This document shows positions 19,265 through 27,852 of a stretch of DNA of 64,000 nucleotides, piece after piece (position 1 is the first letter of the stretch; each line of letters opens with the position of its first letter). A program made the translations under genes and the position numbers. This stretch comes from Geopsychrobacteraceae bacterium. Its GTDB lineage: Bacteria; Desulfobacterota; Desulfuromonadia; Desulfuromonadales; Geopsychrobacteraceae. The stretch covers positions 1,312,001 through 1,376,000 of the forward strand of contig CAXXTB010000002.1 in NCBI GenBank assembly GCA_963676795.2, read 5' to 3'. The notes beneath the pieces were generated by a model, which worked only from the letters and a program-made list of their open reading frames with translations, was not told the DNA's origin and searched no databases.

Positions 19265-20707
19265 TCAGAAGAAATTAATGACCGTATTGATCTGCGCCTG
19301 GGTCATACCATCGCGATACTGGTCGTCGTTCCAGAAATTGTCAACGATATCCAGTGCCGCTGCGTCGATAACGTCCGCCGTTGCTGTCGCATCGAGTGCT
19401 GTATCGTTGGTGTCGACGCCGTTCATGACGATGAAGTTGACAATCGTGACCGTATCCCCCGGATCGACAATGATGTCATATTCATGAGTGATGTCACCGC
19501 TGCCGTCGGCAGTGTCGAGAGCGCTGGCGCTTGTATAGGTCAAGTTGGCAGGGGCAACGTCCCCGAAGACCAGGGCGAAGTCTCGATCATTGCTGAACCC
19601 TGTCGGGTCAAGACCGGCATCAGCCGTTCCATCCCAGCCAGTTAAGGCCATACCGGCAGTACCAGGTGTTTCGTAGAGGATTCCATAGCCTTCGGAACCT
19701 AGCGTTGTCGCATAGGTTACGGTTTCGGTGATTTGAGCGCCAGTGTTGTTGGTGAAGGTATCGACCCAGCGGCCCCAGAGTTTATCGGGGGCGGTATAAA
19801 ATGAGCGGATTACCGTCAGGCCGGCAATGAGCTCTGTGGAGCTGGTGAAGTTCTGATACTCTGCCGGTTCGTTAACTGTCCAGCCAGTGAGGTCGCCTGT
19901 TTCAAAGTCACCGTTGGTGATATAGGGAGTTGCCGCACCATCTGTGATTGTGATTGCATCAATCAGGTTCGGGCCGGTCCCGCTGCTTCTGATCTCGAAT
20001 GAAAGGATTATCGTTTGATTGATGTAGGCATCCAGATTGATCGGCCCATAGGATGCGGATTCGCTGCTACTCACTGAGGCCAATGTCTCCAGAAGAGATC
20101 CGTCAGTTGCACTGCGAATCACTGCTCGCAGATAAGTCCCTGGCATTGCGAAAGCTCCGGAAGAAACATTCGCCTCCCACGACCAGCTCAGGGTGACGGG
20201 AGAGACTGCCCCCGCTAAGTCGACGCTTTGTGAGACCCGTCCGTCATAGACGTCGTTGAGGTAAGCCGAATTTAGCCCTTCAATCGCCGGATAATCTCCA
20301 TTATTGTTGATGTTTCCTGTGACGCCATCAACCACGGCAGCGACTTTGACGCCATCTGTAGAGTCGAATGCTGGCGCACTGAAGTTAAGATCACTGTAGG
20401 TCTGACTTGGAAATGAACTGCCGATTGACAGCACCAGGGCACCGTCAAACTGATCATCACCACCGTCGCTCAAGGAAAAGTCATCACTGATGTCCCAGAT
20501 GTTCGGCTGTCCGGGGAAATATTCAGAGGTATCGGTATCCTGCATTGTAACGGTTTGTCGAAAGATCGTGATCCCATGATTGCTGCTCGTGTTGCTGCTG
20601 TTGGTGATCGAACCGCCTCCGCCGCCTCCGCCACCACAGCTACTGATGATAACCAGGCCAAAGAGCGCAATAGAAGCGGGCATCAAGCGAAGGGACATTT
20701 GCCACAT
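19265..20707 (-). CDS. Uncharacterised acidic beta-rich lipoprotein
   Basis: SD GAGGAGG before ATG at 20707; lipobox-like IISS-C followed by Gly8 tether; NGDFETGDLTGW motif typical of CBM-like domains. Confidence 0.75.
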   Translation of the reverse strand: MWQMSLRLMPASIALFGLVIISSCGGGGGGGGSITNSSNTSSNHGITIFRQTVTMQDTDTSEYFPGQPNIWDISDDFSLSDGGDDQFDGALVLSIGSSFPSQTYSDLNFSAPAFDSTDGVKVAAVVDGVTGNINNNGDYPAIEGLNSAYLNDVYDGRVSQSVDLAGAVSPVTLSWSWEANVSSGAFAMPGTYLRAVIRSATDGSLLETLASVSSSESASYGPINLDAYINQTIILSFEIRSSGTGPNLIDAITITDGAATPYITNGDFETGDLTGWTVNEPAEYQNFTSSTELIAGLTVIRSFYTAPDKLWGRWVDTFTNNTGAQITETVTYATTLGSEGYGILYETPGTAGMALTGWDGTADAGLDPTGFSNDRDFALVFGDVAPANLTYTSASALDTADGSGDITHEYDIIVDPGDTVTIVNFIVMNGVDTNDTALDATATADVIDAAALDIVDNFWNDDQYRDGMTQAQINTVINFF

Positions 20708-20793
20708 GGGGCACCTCCTCAGGTAGAAACGGTCGCTGGTGTGCATTTTCAGCATTTTTTATTTCCAGAGAGGTCGTCAGTAAACTGTAATCA

Positions 20794-20821
20794 AGTGTAA
20801 TTTGAAAAGATTGATTGTCAA
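20794..20821 (-). promoter_or_regulatory. Probable sigma70 promoter for the lipoprotein gene
   Basis: Minus strand TTGACA-16 nt-TACACT. Confidence 0.5.
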
Positions 20822-20964
20822 TTTTGGAAGGTTGAATGGCACGTGAACGTATCTCGATTGTTCCGGTCAATATATTTCAGGTGCATGTCTTGTCTGTAGC
20901 TTGGTATTTTGATGAAACGCAAATGGGGGAGTTGAGGAAAATCAGGATGTTATCGGTTGAGTTC

Positions 20965-21067
20965 TGTCGGGATTTTTAACATGAGCTGGGTGTTACGATT
21001 TGGTAATAACGATAAATCTATAACATGTTGAAAAGATTGATGGCATTTTATTGGAGCGGTTTATGCA
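20965..21067 (+). promoter_or_regulatory. Sigma54 promoter with enhancer (TGT-N11-ACA) and IHF-like site for the PEP-CTERM gene
   Basis: TGTCGGGATTTTTAACA 20965-20981; TAACATGTTGAAA 21021-21033 (reverse complement near WATCAANNNNTTR); GG-N10-GC in TTGGAGCGGTTTATGCA 21051-21067. Confidence 0.7.
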
Positions 21068-21120
21068 TAGGTAGTTATTAAAATGAAAATGCTTGAAAGC
21101 CCTGGTGAAAGGAGTCTGAC

Positions 21121-21654
21121 ATGAAAAAGATACTATTGACACTTCTTGTTGCTGTATTCATGGGAGGTACAGCATGGTCTTATACCATTACAACTGCAGG
21201 AGATTACTACGGAACTGATGTCGGAGGGGTTGATATTTTTCTCGATAGCACAGGAACATTAGGCAGCAGCGATCCTGTGACTGAAACGGAATGGGTTAAT
21301 CTGGTTCTGACATCCTATGGTGTCTCGACTTCGTACATCGGCAAGATGGAGGAAGACATCCCTTATTTTGCGACTGATGGAGAGGGGATTTTTGCCATCA
21401 AGCTGGATGTGGTTTCAGATTATTTTCTATTGAAAAAGAGCACTTACTGGGCCGCATTCGAAAACCTTCCATCATTGGAGTGGGCAGTATTTTCTGTGGG
21501 AGATCTTCCTGAGGATATGAATATTTCAGGTGACGATATGACTGTCAGTCATGTGACGGAATTCGGAGCTGCTCCGGTTCCTGAGCCAGCCACCCTGCTT
21601 TTACTCGGTGCAGGGCTTGTGGGTTTAGCGGTTTACAGAAGAAAAAGACACTGA
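21121..21654 (+). CDS. PEP-CTERM sorting domain protein
   Basis: Signal peptide; C-terminus VPEPATLLLLGAGLVGLAVYRRKRH. Confidence 0.95.
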   Translation: MKKILLTLLVAVFMGGTAWSYTITTAGDYYGTDVGGVDIFLDSTGTLGSSDPVTETEWVNLVLTSYGVSTSYIGKMEEDIPYFATDGEGIFAIKLDVVSDYFLLKKSTYWAAFENLPSLEWAVFSVGDLPEDMNISGDDMTVSHVTEFGAAPVPEPATLLLLGAGLVGLAVYRRKRH

Positions 21655-21669
21655 CAATTAAAATATAAG

Positions 21670-21697
21670 AAGCCTCGGCGAAATGTCGAGGCTTTTT
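21670..21697 (+). terminator. Intrinsic terminator after PEP-CTERM gene
   Basis: AAGCCTCGGC-GAAAT-GTCGAGGCTT then T-run. Confidence 0.8.
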
Positions 21698-21813
21698 GTC
21701 GAAGATTTTTACACAGGGCCTTCTTGACAAAGGGAGGTCCTGTTTTTATTTTTATTTATATGTTGCAGTTGCAACCTTATTTAGCGAGCGAATTTTCAAG
21801 GAGGAGTTTGAAC

Positions 21814-23658
21814 ATGTCTGACAAGGTGACAAGGGAAGAAGGCGCAATTTCAATCCATACGGAGAATATCTTTCCGATCATCAAGAAGTGGCTTTACAGC
21901 GAAAAGGAAATCTTTCTGCGTGAACTGGTTTCCAATGCCGTTGATGCGATCAGCAAGCTGAAAAATGTCAACCTGATGGAAGGGCTGCAGATTGCCGACG
22001 AATACAAGGTCGAGATCCGTATCGACAAAGAGGCGGGGACCCTGACCGTTGCTGATAACGGTATTGGCATGACCGCTGAGGAGGTCAAGAAATACATCAA
22101 CCAGGTCGCATTTTCCTCAGCTGAAGACTTTATCGAAAAGTTCAAGGATCTGGAGGATAAGAACCAGATTATCGGTCATTTCGGTCTCGGCTTTTATTCC
22201 AGCTTCATGGTCGCCAACAGGGTTGAGATCAAGACTCTTTCCTATCAGCAGGATGCGCAGGCTGTTCACTGGCAGTGCGAAGGAACAACCGCCTACTCCC
22301 TCGATCCGATCGAGAAAGAGGGGCGTGGTACTGAAGTCATTCTCAAGCTGAACGATGACGAGAAGGAGTTTCTGGAGGCCGCCAAGGTCAAGGAAGTGGT
22401 CAAGAAGTTTTGTAACTTCCTGCCGGTTTCGATCACTCTGGAAGGGGAGGAGATCAACGACAAGAACCCGCTCTGGACAAAGAGCGCCTCGGAGATCAGT
22501 GATGACGAGTACAAGGAATTTTACCGCAAGCTCTATCCGTTCTCAGATGAACCCCTGTTCTGGATCCATCTGAATATCGACTATCCGTTCAATCTGAAGG
22601 GGATCGTCTATTTCCCGCGGCTGAACAACGAGTTTGACGTCACCAAGAGCCATATCAATCTGTACTGCAGCCAGGTTTTTGTTTCGGACAACACCCCGGA
22701 GCTGATTCCTGAGTTCCTGACGCCGCTGCAGGGCTGTCTCGACGCTCCGGATCTGCCGCTGAACGTTTCGCGCAGTTACCTGCAGAACGAGCCGCAGGTG
22801 CGCAAGATCCGTGAAGTCATCAGTAATCGTGTCGCAGCCAAGATTGTCGATCTGGCCAAGAAGGACGGTGAAGCGTTTGAACCGATCTGGGAGGATATCC
22901 ATACCTTTGTCAAATACGGCATGATGCGCGAGGACAAGTTCTACGACAAGGTCAAGGATCATGTCATCTATACCTCGACCGGTGACAGCAAGTTCACCAC
23001 ACTGCCGGATTATCTCGAGCGGGCCAAGGAGAATCATGAAAACAAGGTCTACTACGCCAACAACGAGGCCGCCCAGTCCACCTACATCAAGCTGTTTAAG
23101 TCACAGGGGCTTGAGGTGCTGATTCTCGATGCAATGATCGACAGTCACTTCATCCAGTTTCTTGAGTCGAAGAACACCGACGTCAAGTTCGAGCGGGTCG
23201 ATTCAGACGTCACTGAAAATCTGCTTGATCAGGATGCCAGCAAGAAGATTGTCGAGGGGGCTGACAACAAAACCAAGGAAGACCGCATCGAAGAGAGCTT
23301 CAAGAAGGCCCTGGAGGGAATCAAGGGGTTGTTCATTCGGGTCGAGACTCTCAAGGATGGCAGTGTCCCCGGTATGATTCTGCTCAACGAGCAGTCACGT
23401 CGTTTCAAGGAGATGACCCGGATGATGGGCAATAGTCCGGAGGCTGGTGATTTGTTTGCCGAACACACCCTGCTGGTCAATACCGCAAGCCCGGCCGTTG
23501 CCAAGGCTCTGGAGCTGGCGGAGCAGGGTGACCAGGAGACGGCTGATATGCTGATGGAGCAGATCTATGATCTGGCGATGCTCTCGCAGCAGTCGATGAA
23601 TAAGGACAGGATGTCCGCCTTCCTCGAGCGAAGCAGCAAGTTGCTCGGATTGATCTGA
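21814..23658 (+). CDS. htpG: Hsp90-family chaperone HtpG
   Basis: LYSEKEIFLRELVSNAVDA, DNGIGMT, IGHFGLGFYSSFMV, PLNVSR; SD AAGGAGG before ATG 21814; TTGACA at 21724. Confidence 0.96.
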   Translation: MSDKVTREEGAISIHTENIFPIIKKWLYSEKEIFLRELVSNAVDAISKLKNVNLMEGLQIADEYKVEIRIDKEAGTLTVADNGIGMTAEEVKKYINQVAFSSAEDFIEKFKDLEDKNQIIGHFGLGFYSSFMVANRVEIKTLSYQQDAQAVHWQCEGTTAYSLDPIEKEGRGTEVILKLNDDEKEFLEAAKVKEVVKKFCNFLPVSITLEGEEINDKNPLWTKSASEISDDEYKEFYRKLYPFSDEPLFWIHLNIDYPFNLKGIVYFPRLNNEFDVTKSHINLYCSQVFVSDNTPELIPEFLTPLQGCLDAPDLPLNVSRSYLQNEPQVRKIREVISNRVAAKIVDLAKKDGEAFEPIWEDIHTFVKYGMMREDKFYDKVKDHVIYTSTGDSKFTTLPDYLERAKENHENKVYYANNEAAQSTYIKLFKSQGLEVLILDAMIDSHFIQFLESKNTDVKFERVDSDVTENLLDQDASKKIVEGADNKTKEDRIEESFKKALEGIKGLFIRVETLKDGSVPGMILLNEQSRRFKEMTRMMGNSPEAGDLFAEHTLLVNTASPAVAKALELAEQGDQETADMLMEQIYDLAMLSQQSMNKDRMSAFLERSSKLLGLI

Positions 23659-23667
23659 TACGCAAAT

Positions 23668-23699
23668 AAAAAAGCCGGACGCGATGTCCGGCTTCTTTT
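23668..23699. terminator. Bidirectional-type terminator after htpG
   Basis: A-run, AAGCCGGAC-GCGAT-GTCCGGCTT, then CTTTT. Confidence 0.8.
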
Positions 23700-23700
23700 A

Positions 23701-23737
23701 ACTCGTTGCCATCCGGAAACTCCGGAGGGCAACGAGT
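23701..23737. repeat. 17-bp inverted repeat (16/17) related to the ends of the adjacent element
   Basis: ACTCGTTGCCATCCGGA-AAC-TCCGGAGGGCAACGAGT. Confidence 0.75.
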
Positions 23738-23738
23738 A

Positions 23739-23855
23739 AGTTTTCAGATTGGAAACGAGAAATTTTTCGATATAGCAAGGAAGTCAAGGGGTTGCGCGGA
23801 GGCTTAGTAGTTTACGCCGCTATGGCGGAAAAGGGCCGTTTCCGGATGAAAACTA
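23739..23855. mobile_element. MITE-like non-coding element with imperfect terminal inverted repeats
   Basis: AGTTTTCAGATTGGAAAC ... GTTTCCGGATGAAAACT; right end overlaps the trmL TAG stop. Confidence 0.55.
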
Positions 23856-24326
23856 ACTCAGGCGCCCTGTCTGTCTCAGGGCTTCGTAGAGGATGATCGC
23901 AGCTGAGTTGGCCAGGTTGAGGCTGCGCACAGCGGGGGAGAAGATCGGTATGCGCAGGCAGTGATCCTTCTCCTGCTCGAGCAGTTCGTCGGGCAGGCCC
24001 AGCGTTTCTTTGCCGAAGACCAGGAAATCACCTTCATTGTAGCTGATTTCCGTGTGGATTTTCTGCGCTTTTTTTGAAGCGAACCAGAAACGTCCCTGGG
24101 GAAATTCCGCGCGCAATTGCTCAAAAGAGTCCCAGCGATGCAGCTTGACCTGAGGCCAGTAGTCAAGGCCCGCTCTCTTCATCTGTTTGTCATCAAGAGA
24201 AAAGCCGAGCTTGCCAACCAGGTGGAGATGAGTACCTGTTGCCGCACACAAACGTCCGATGTTTCCGGTGTTGGGTGGGATTTCGGGCTCGATCAGTACG
24301 ATATGAAAAGGAAAAGGTGTCGTCAT
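23853..24326 (-). CDS. trmL: tRNA (cytidine/uridine-34 2'-O)-methyltransferase TrmL
   Basis: IVLIEPEIPPNTGNIGRLC, RAGLDYW, FGKETLGLP, RSLNLANS; start set at ATG 24326. Confidence 0.94.
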   Translation of the reverse strand: MTTPFPFHIVLIEPEIPPNTGNIGRLCAATGTHLHLVGKLGFSLDDKQMKRAGLDYWPQVKLHRWDSFEQLRAEFPQGRFWFASKKAQKIHTEISYNEGDFLVFGKETLGLPDELLEQEKDHCLRIPIFSPAVRSLNLANSAAIILYEALRQTGRLS

Positions 24327-24453
24327 GGCGCGGCACCTTATCACAAAGTCGCAAAGCTGAAAAGTATTGTTTTGTACTTGAACCAGTGAATGGATCATCA
24401 AATATAAGCACGTGCACTTCTATTTTGCGACCATTCACTGACTCAGGTAATAA

Positions 24454-24687
24454 TCAGAGGATCTTATCGATCAGTCGATCAAGCTCTTCATTCTGATCAT
24501 TGAAGCGTCTGCGTGGTCCGTCGTAACTGTAGTTGATTCTGCTTCTACGGAGTTTTCCCGAGTCGATGCTGACCCATCCGTCATTGCGTTTGAACCTGAC
24601 AATGTTGTTGTTTTCGATGAGTCTGTCCAGGATAAACCCTTTGACAAGGTCGTGTTTTCCGTTTGTGTAAACAACCGGGATCAGCAT
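24454..24687 (-). CDS. GSU3473-family small protein
   Basis: MLIPVVY..G..D.V....LD.LI....IVRFKR.DGWV......LR.....Y.GP.RR pattern; SD GAGGAG. Confidence 0.82.
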   Translation of the reverse strand: MLIPVVYTNGKHDLVKGFILDRLIENNNIVRFKRNDGWVSIDSGKLRRSRINYSYDGPRRRFNDQNEELDRLIDKIL

Positions 24688-24743
24688 GAAGGGGCTCCTC
24701 TCTGAGTTTGTTACAATCTACATCTTCGGGTACATATTAGCTC

Positions 24744-24836
24744 AGCAATATTTATACCCGGTAGTTAAATAATTAAAAATACTAGACTTAAGAATGGGAA
24801 GTTGTGAGGGTGTGCGTTTTGTCGGAAAAATTGACA
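24744..24836 (-). promoter_or_regulatory. Sigma54 promoter plus TGT-N11-ACA enhancer for the GSU3473-family gene
   Basis: Minus strand GGGTATAAATATTGCT (GG-N10-GC) at 24744-24759; TGTCGGAAAAATTGACA at 24820-24836. Confidence 0.62.
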
Positions 24837-24842
24837 GAAGGG

Positions 24843-26303
24843 TCAGCGGAGGACCGAGATCTGAACGGAGGATCCGCACTTTGAATTTGGAATCAGTTCA
24901 AGGCGGTTACGGATACAGGAGATACTGTCTTCGAGATGGTGGGTTACATACAGCAGGGTCGTCTTGCCATTATGGCCGATAAAATCGATCAGTTTGAGAA
25001 TCAGGTCCAGATTGATCTGGTCGAGTCCCTGGCAGGGTTCATCGAGGATCAGCAGCCGTGGGTGCTTGATCATCGCGCGGGCGATGAGGACCATACGCTG
25101 CTCACCGAATGACAGCGCCTGAAACGGCTTGCGGGCCATCGCTTCAAGCTTGAGAATCTTCAGCCATTCTTCGGCGACTTTTTTCTGATCGAGCGAAGGG
25201 GGGCGATAGACCCCGATCGAGTCGAAGAAGCCGGAGAGCAACACGCTGATGACCGTCCCGCCGACCCGGAATTCCCGTTGAAAAGATGTTGAGATGTAGC
25301 CGATATCCTTTTTCAGATCCCAGACACTTTCTCCCTGACCTTTCTGGTAGCCGAAGATCTGGATATCGTTGGCATAGGCTTGCGGGTTGTCGCCGTTGAT
25401 CAGGTTGAGCAGGGTTGTTTTTCCCGATCCGTTCGGACCGACGACAATCCAGTGTTCAAGTGGCATGACCTGCCAGTTGATGCCATTGAGAATGGGTTGA
25501 TCGCGATAGCTGACCCGGACATCGCTCATACGGACCAACGGCTGATCCTTCTGAATCTCGATTTTCTGTTCAGGTAATTGTGGCAGCCGGTCTGGCAGGT
25601 TGGTCTGAAAGTGATGCATCCTGGCGATTTCAGGTGAGTTCAGAATCTCGTTCTTTGCTCCGGATTGAATCAATTTGCAGCGATGCAGATAGCCGATGTG
25701 GCTGACCTCGGCAAGGATCTCGTCAAAGCGGTTGAGGAGCAGGACGACCTGAATGCCGTGCTGCAGCAGGTCGCGAATGATCTCGATAACATTCTGGCAG
25801 GAAGCCCGGTCGAGTCCGTCAAAGGGTTCGTCCAGAACGATGAGCTGCGGCTTTTCAATCAGGGCCTGACAGATGACCGCCTTACGCATTTCTCCGGTCG
25901 AAAGAAACTTGATACCACGATCCAGCAGGGTCGAAAAGTTCAGCTTGGTGGCCAGACAATCGAGTTGCGAAGCCTTGTCTTCATGGCCGTGCAGGATGAA
26001 ATCCCTGACGCCGGTGCCACTGTCGGCGCCCCCTTTGAATTCAGAATCATCGATATAGCGTTCATGGTCGAGGATTTCCGTAACCCGTTCAAAGGAGATA
26101 AATGCCGTGCTTTCCGGCAGGGTTGCGGTGCCGGAAAGCAGCTCGAGCTGAGAGCATAGCAGGCGCCCGAACGCGGTCTTGCCGCAGCCGTTGTGTCCGA
26201 TGAAGGCCCAGCACTGATCTGCCTGGAGGGTCAGCGAAATCTCCTCCAGGCAGATCGATTTATGGATGCGGGCCGTGACCTGATTGAGTTCAATGGTTGT
26301 CAT
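24843..26303 (-). CDS. modF: ModF-like ABC ATPase with two nucleotide-binding domains
   Basis: GHNGCGKT/LSTGE/LDEPFDGLD and GPNGSGKT/LSFGEQR/LDEPCQGLD; GDNPQAYAND, GESVWDLKK. Confidence 0.88.
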   Translation of the reverse strand: MTTIELNQVTARIHKSICLEEISLTLQADQCWAFIGHNGCGKTAFGRLLCSQLELLSGTATLPESTAFISFERVTEILDHERYIDDSEFKGGADSGTGVRDFILHGHEDKASQLDCLATKLNFSTLLDRGIKFLSTGEMRKAVICQALIEKPQLIVLDEPFDGLDRASCQNVIEIIRDLLQHGIQVVLLLNRFDEILAEVSHIGYLHRCKLIQSGAKNEILNSPEIARMHHFQTNLPDRLPQLPEQKIEIQKDQPLVRMSDVRVSYRDQPILNGINWQVMPLEHWIVVGPNGSGKTTLLNLINGDNPQAYANDIQIFGYQKGQGESVWDLKKDIGYISTSFQREFRVGGTVISVLLSGFFDSIGVYRPPSLDQKKVAEEWLKILKLEAMARKPFQALSFGEQRMVLIARAMIKHPRLLILDEPCQGLDQINLDLILKLIDFIGHNGKTTLLYVTHHLEDSISCIRNRLELIPNSKCGSSVQISVLR

Positions 26304-26346
26304 GGCGCGGGAGTATAGCAGAGTGCTTTGCCCTTGTGGTGATTTT

Positions 26347-27630
26347 TTAGCAGGCGGCAAGCGCTCCGTCTATGTCGGCGATGATGTCATCGATATCCTC
26401 GATGCCGACCGAGATCCTGATCATTCCCGGGGTGACGCCGGCGGCAAGCTGCTCTGCCGGTGTCAGCTGCGAATGGGTGGTCGACGCCGGATGAATGACC
26501 AGGGTTTTGACGTCACCGATGTTGGCCAGGTGGCTGGCCAGCTTGACGTTGTCGATGAACTTTTTGCCCGCTTCAAGCCCGCCCTTGAGTTCGAAGCTGA
26601 CAATTGCCCCCTGACCTTTAGGTAGGTATTTCTGCGCGTTGGCATAATCCGGATGATCGACCAGTCCTGGATAGTTGACCGACTCAACATCAGAGTGCTC
26701 CTGGAGAAACCGCGCGACCTGCAGGGCATTTTCGCAGTGACGCGGCATCCTGACATGCAGGGTCTCAATCCCTTGCAGAATCTGGAAGGCGTTAAAGGGG
26801 GACAGGCATGGGCCCATATCGCGCAGCAGAGTCAATCTCATTTTCAGGATATAGGCCAGGTTGCCCAGTGCTTCATGGTAGACGAGGCCGTGATAGCTCG
26901 GGTCAGGGGTGGTGAATTCACTGAAGCGACCGTTTGCCCAGTTGAACTTGCCACTGTCGACAACAGCGCCGCCGATGCTCGTTCCGTGACCGCCGATGAA
27001 TTTGGTCAGTGAATAGCAGACGATATCGGCGCCATGCTCAATCGGTTTGAAGAGTACCGGTGTTGCCACGGTATTATCGACAATCAGCGGCAGACCGTGA
27101 TCATGGGCGGCCTTGGCCAGTGCTGCAAAATCATTGACGTTGTTATGCGGATTGCCGATGGTTTCGGTGTAGACCGCCCTGGTATTGTCATCAGCGATTT
27201 CAGCGATTTTGTCTGGTTCAGAGCTGTCGATGAAACGGACCTCGATGCCGAAGCGTTTCAACGTATGCTGAAACAGGTTATAGGTTCCGCCGTAGAGGGA
27301 ACTGCTGGAAATGATGTTGTCACCCGCCTTGGCCAGATTCATGATCGCCAGGCAGATGGCCGAAGAGCCCGAGGCCAGGGCCAGGGCGCCAACTCCGCCG
27401 TCCAGTTCCGCAAGGCGCTTTTCGAGAACATCGGTGGTTGGATTCATCAGGCGGGTGTAGATGTTACCGAGTTCTTTGAGCGAAAAAAGATTGGCTGCGT
27501 GCTCAGCCGAATTGAATGTATAGGACGATGTCTGGTAGATCGGGACGGCACGGGAATTTGTTGTCGGATCGACAACCTGACCAGCGTGCAGGGCTAATGT
27601 TCCATCTTTGAACTGAGAATTGTTCTGCAT
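26347..27630 (-). CDS. metY: O-acetylhomoserine aminocarboxypropyltransferase (MetY family), paralogue 1
   Basis: [48 protein letters not shown] at 27630. Confidence 0.9.
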   Translation of the reverse strand: MQNNSQFKDGTLALHAGQVVDPTTNSRAVPIYQTSSYTFNSAEHAANLFSLKELGNIYTRLMNPTTDVLEKRLAELDGGVGALALASGSSAICLAIMNLAKAGDNIISSSSLYGGTYNLFQHTLKRFGIEVRFIDSSEPDKIAEIADDNTRAVYTETIGNPHNNVNDFAALAKAAHDHGLPLIVDNTVATPVLFKPIEHGADIVCYSLTKFIGGHGTSIGGAVVDSGKFNWANGRFSEFTTPDPSYHGLVYHEALGNLAYILKMRLTLLRDMGPCLSPFNAFQILQGIETLHVRMPRHCENALQVARFLQEHSDVESVNYPGLVDHPDYANAQKYLPKGQGAIVSFELKGGLEAGKKFIDNVKLASHLANIGDVKTLVIHPASTTHSQLTPAEQLAAGVTPGMIRISVGIEDIDDIIADIDGALAAC

Positions 27631-27795
27631 TATACACCTCATGACTTTTGAATCTTTACATAAAAACACTACCTGTTCGGTAAAGAACTATCTATAGCAG
27701 TCTCGTTTTTGATCTGCAAGAAAAATGTCGACCAATTATGTCTTGATTATACCTGTATCTGTTGAACCATGTACTGGTTCAGGTTCTAAGTATAC

Positions 27796-27829
27796 AAAAA
27801 AAAGGCTGCCCCCATCAGGAGCAGCCTTT
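27796..27829 (-). terminator. Intrinsic terminator between the two metY genes
   Basis: AAAGGCTGC...GCAGCCTTT stem with an A8 run (U-tract on minus strand). Confidence 0.8.
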
Positions 27830-27852
27830 GATTCTAGCGAAAAAAATAAATA

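Noticed and set aside
20837..20852. TGGCAC as a sigma54 -24 element
   Set aside because: No GC at the -12 position; the GG-N10-GC at 21053-21066 fits better
21781..21810. TTAGC... upstream of htpG as a CIRCE element
   Set aside because: Does not match TTAGCACTC-N9-GAGTGCTAA beyond the first 5 nt and has no right arm
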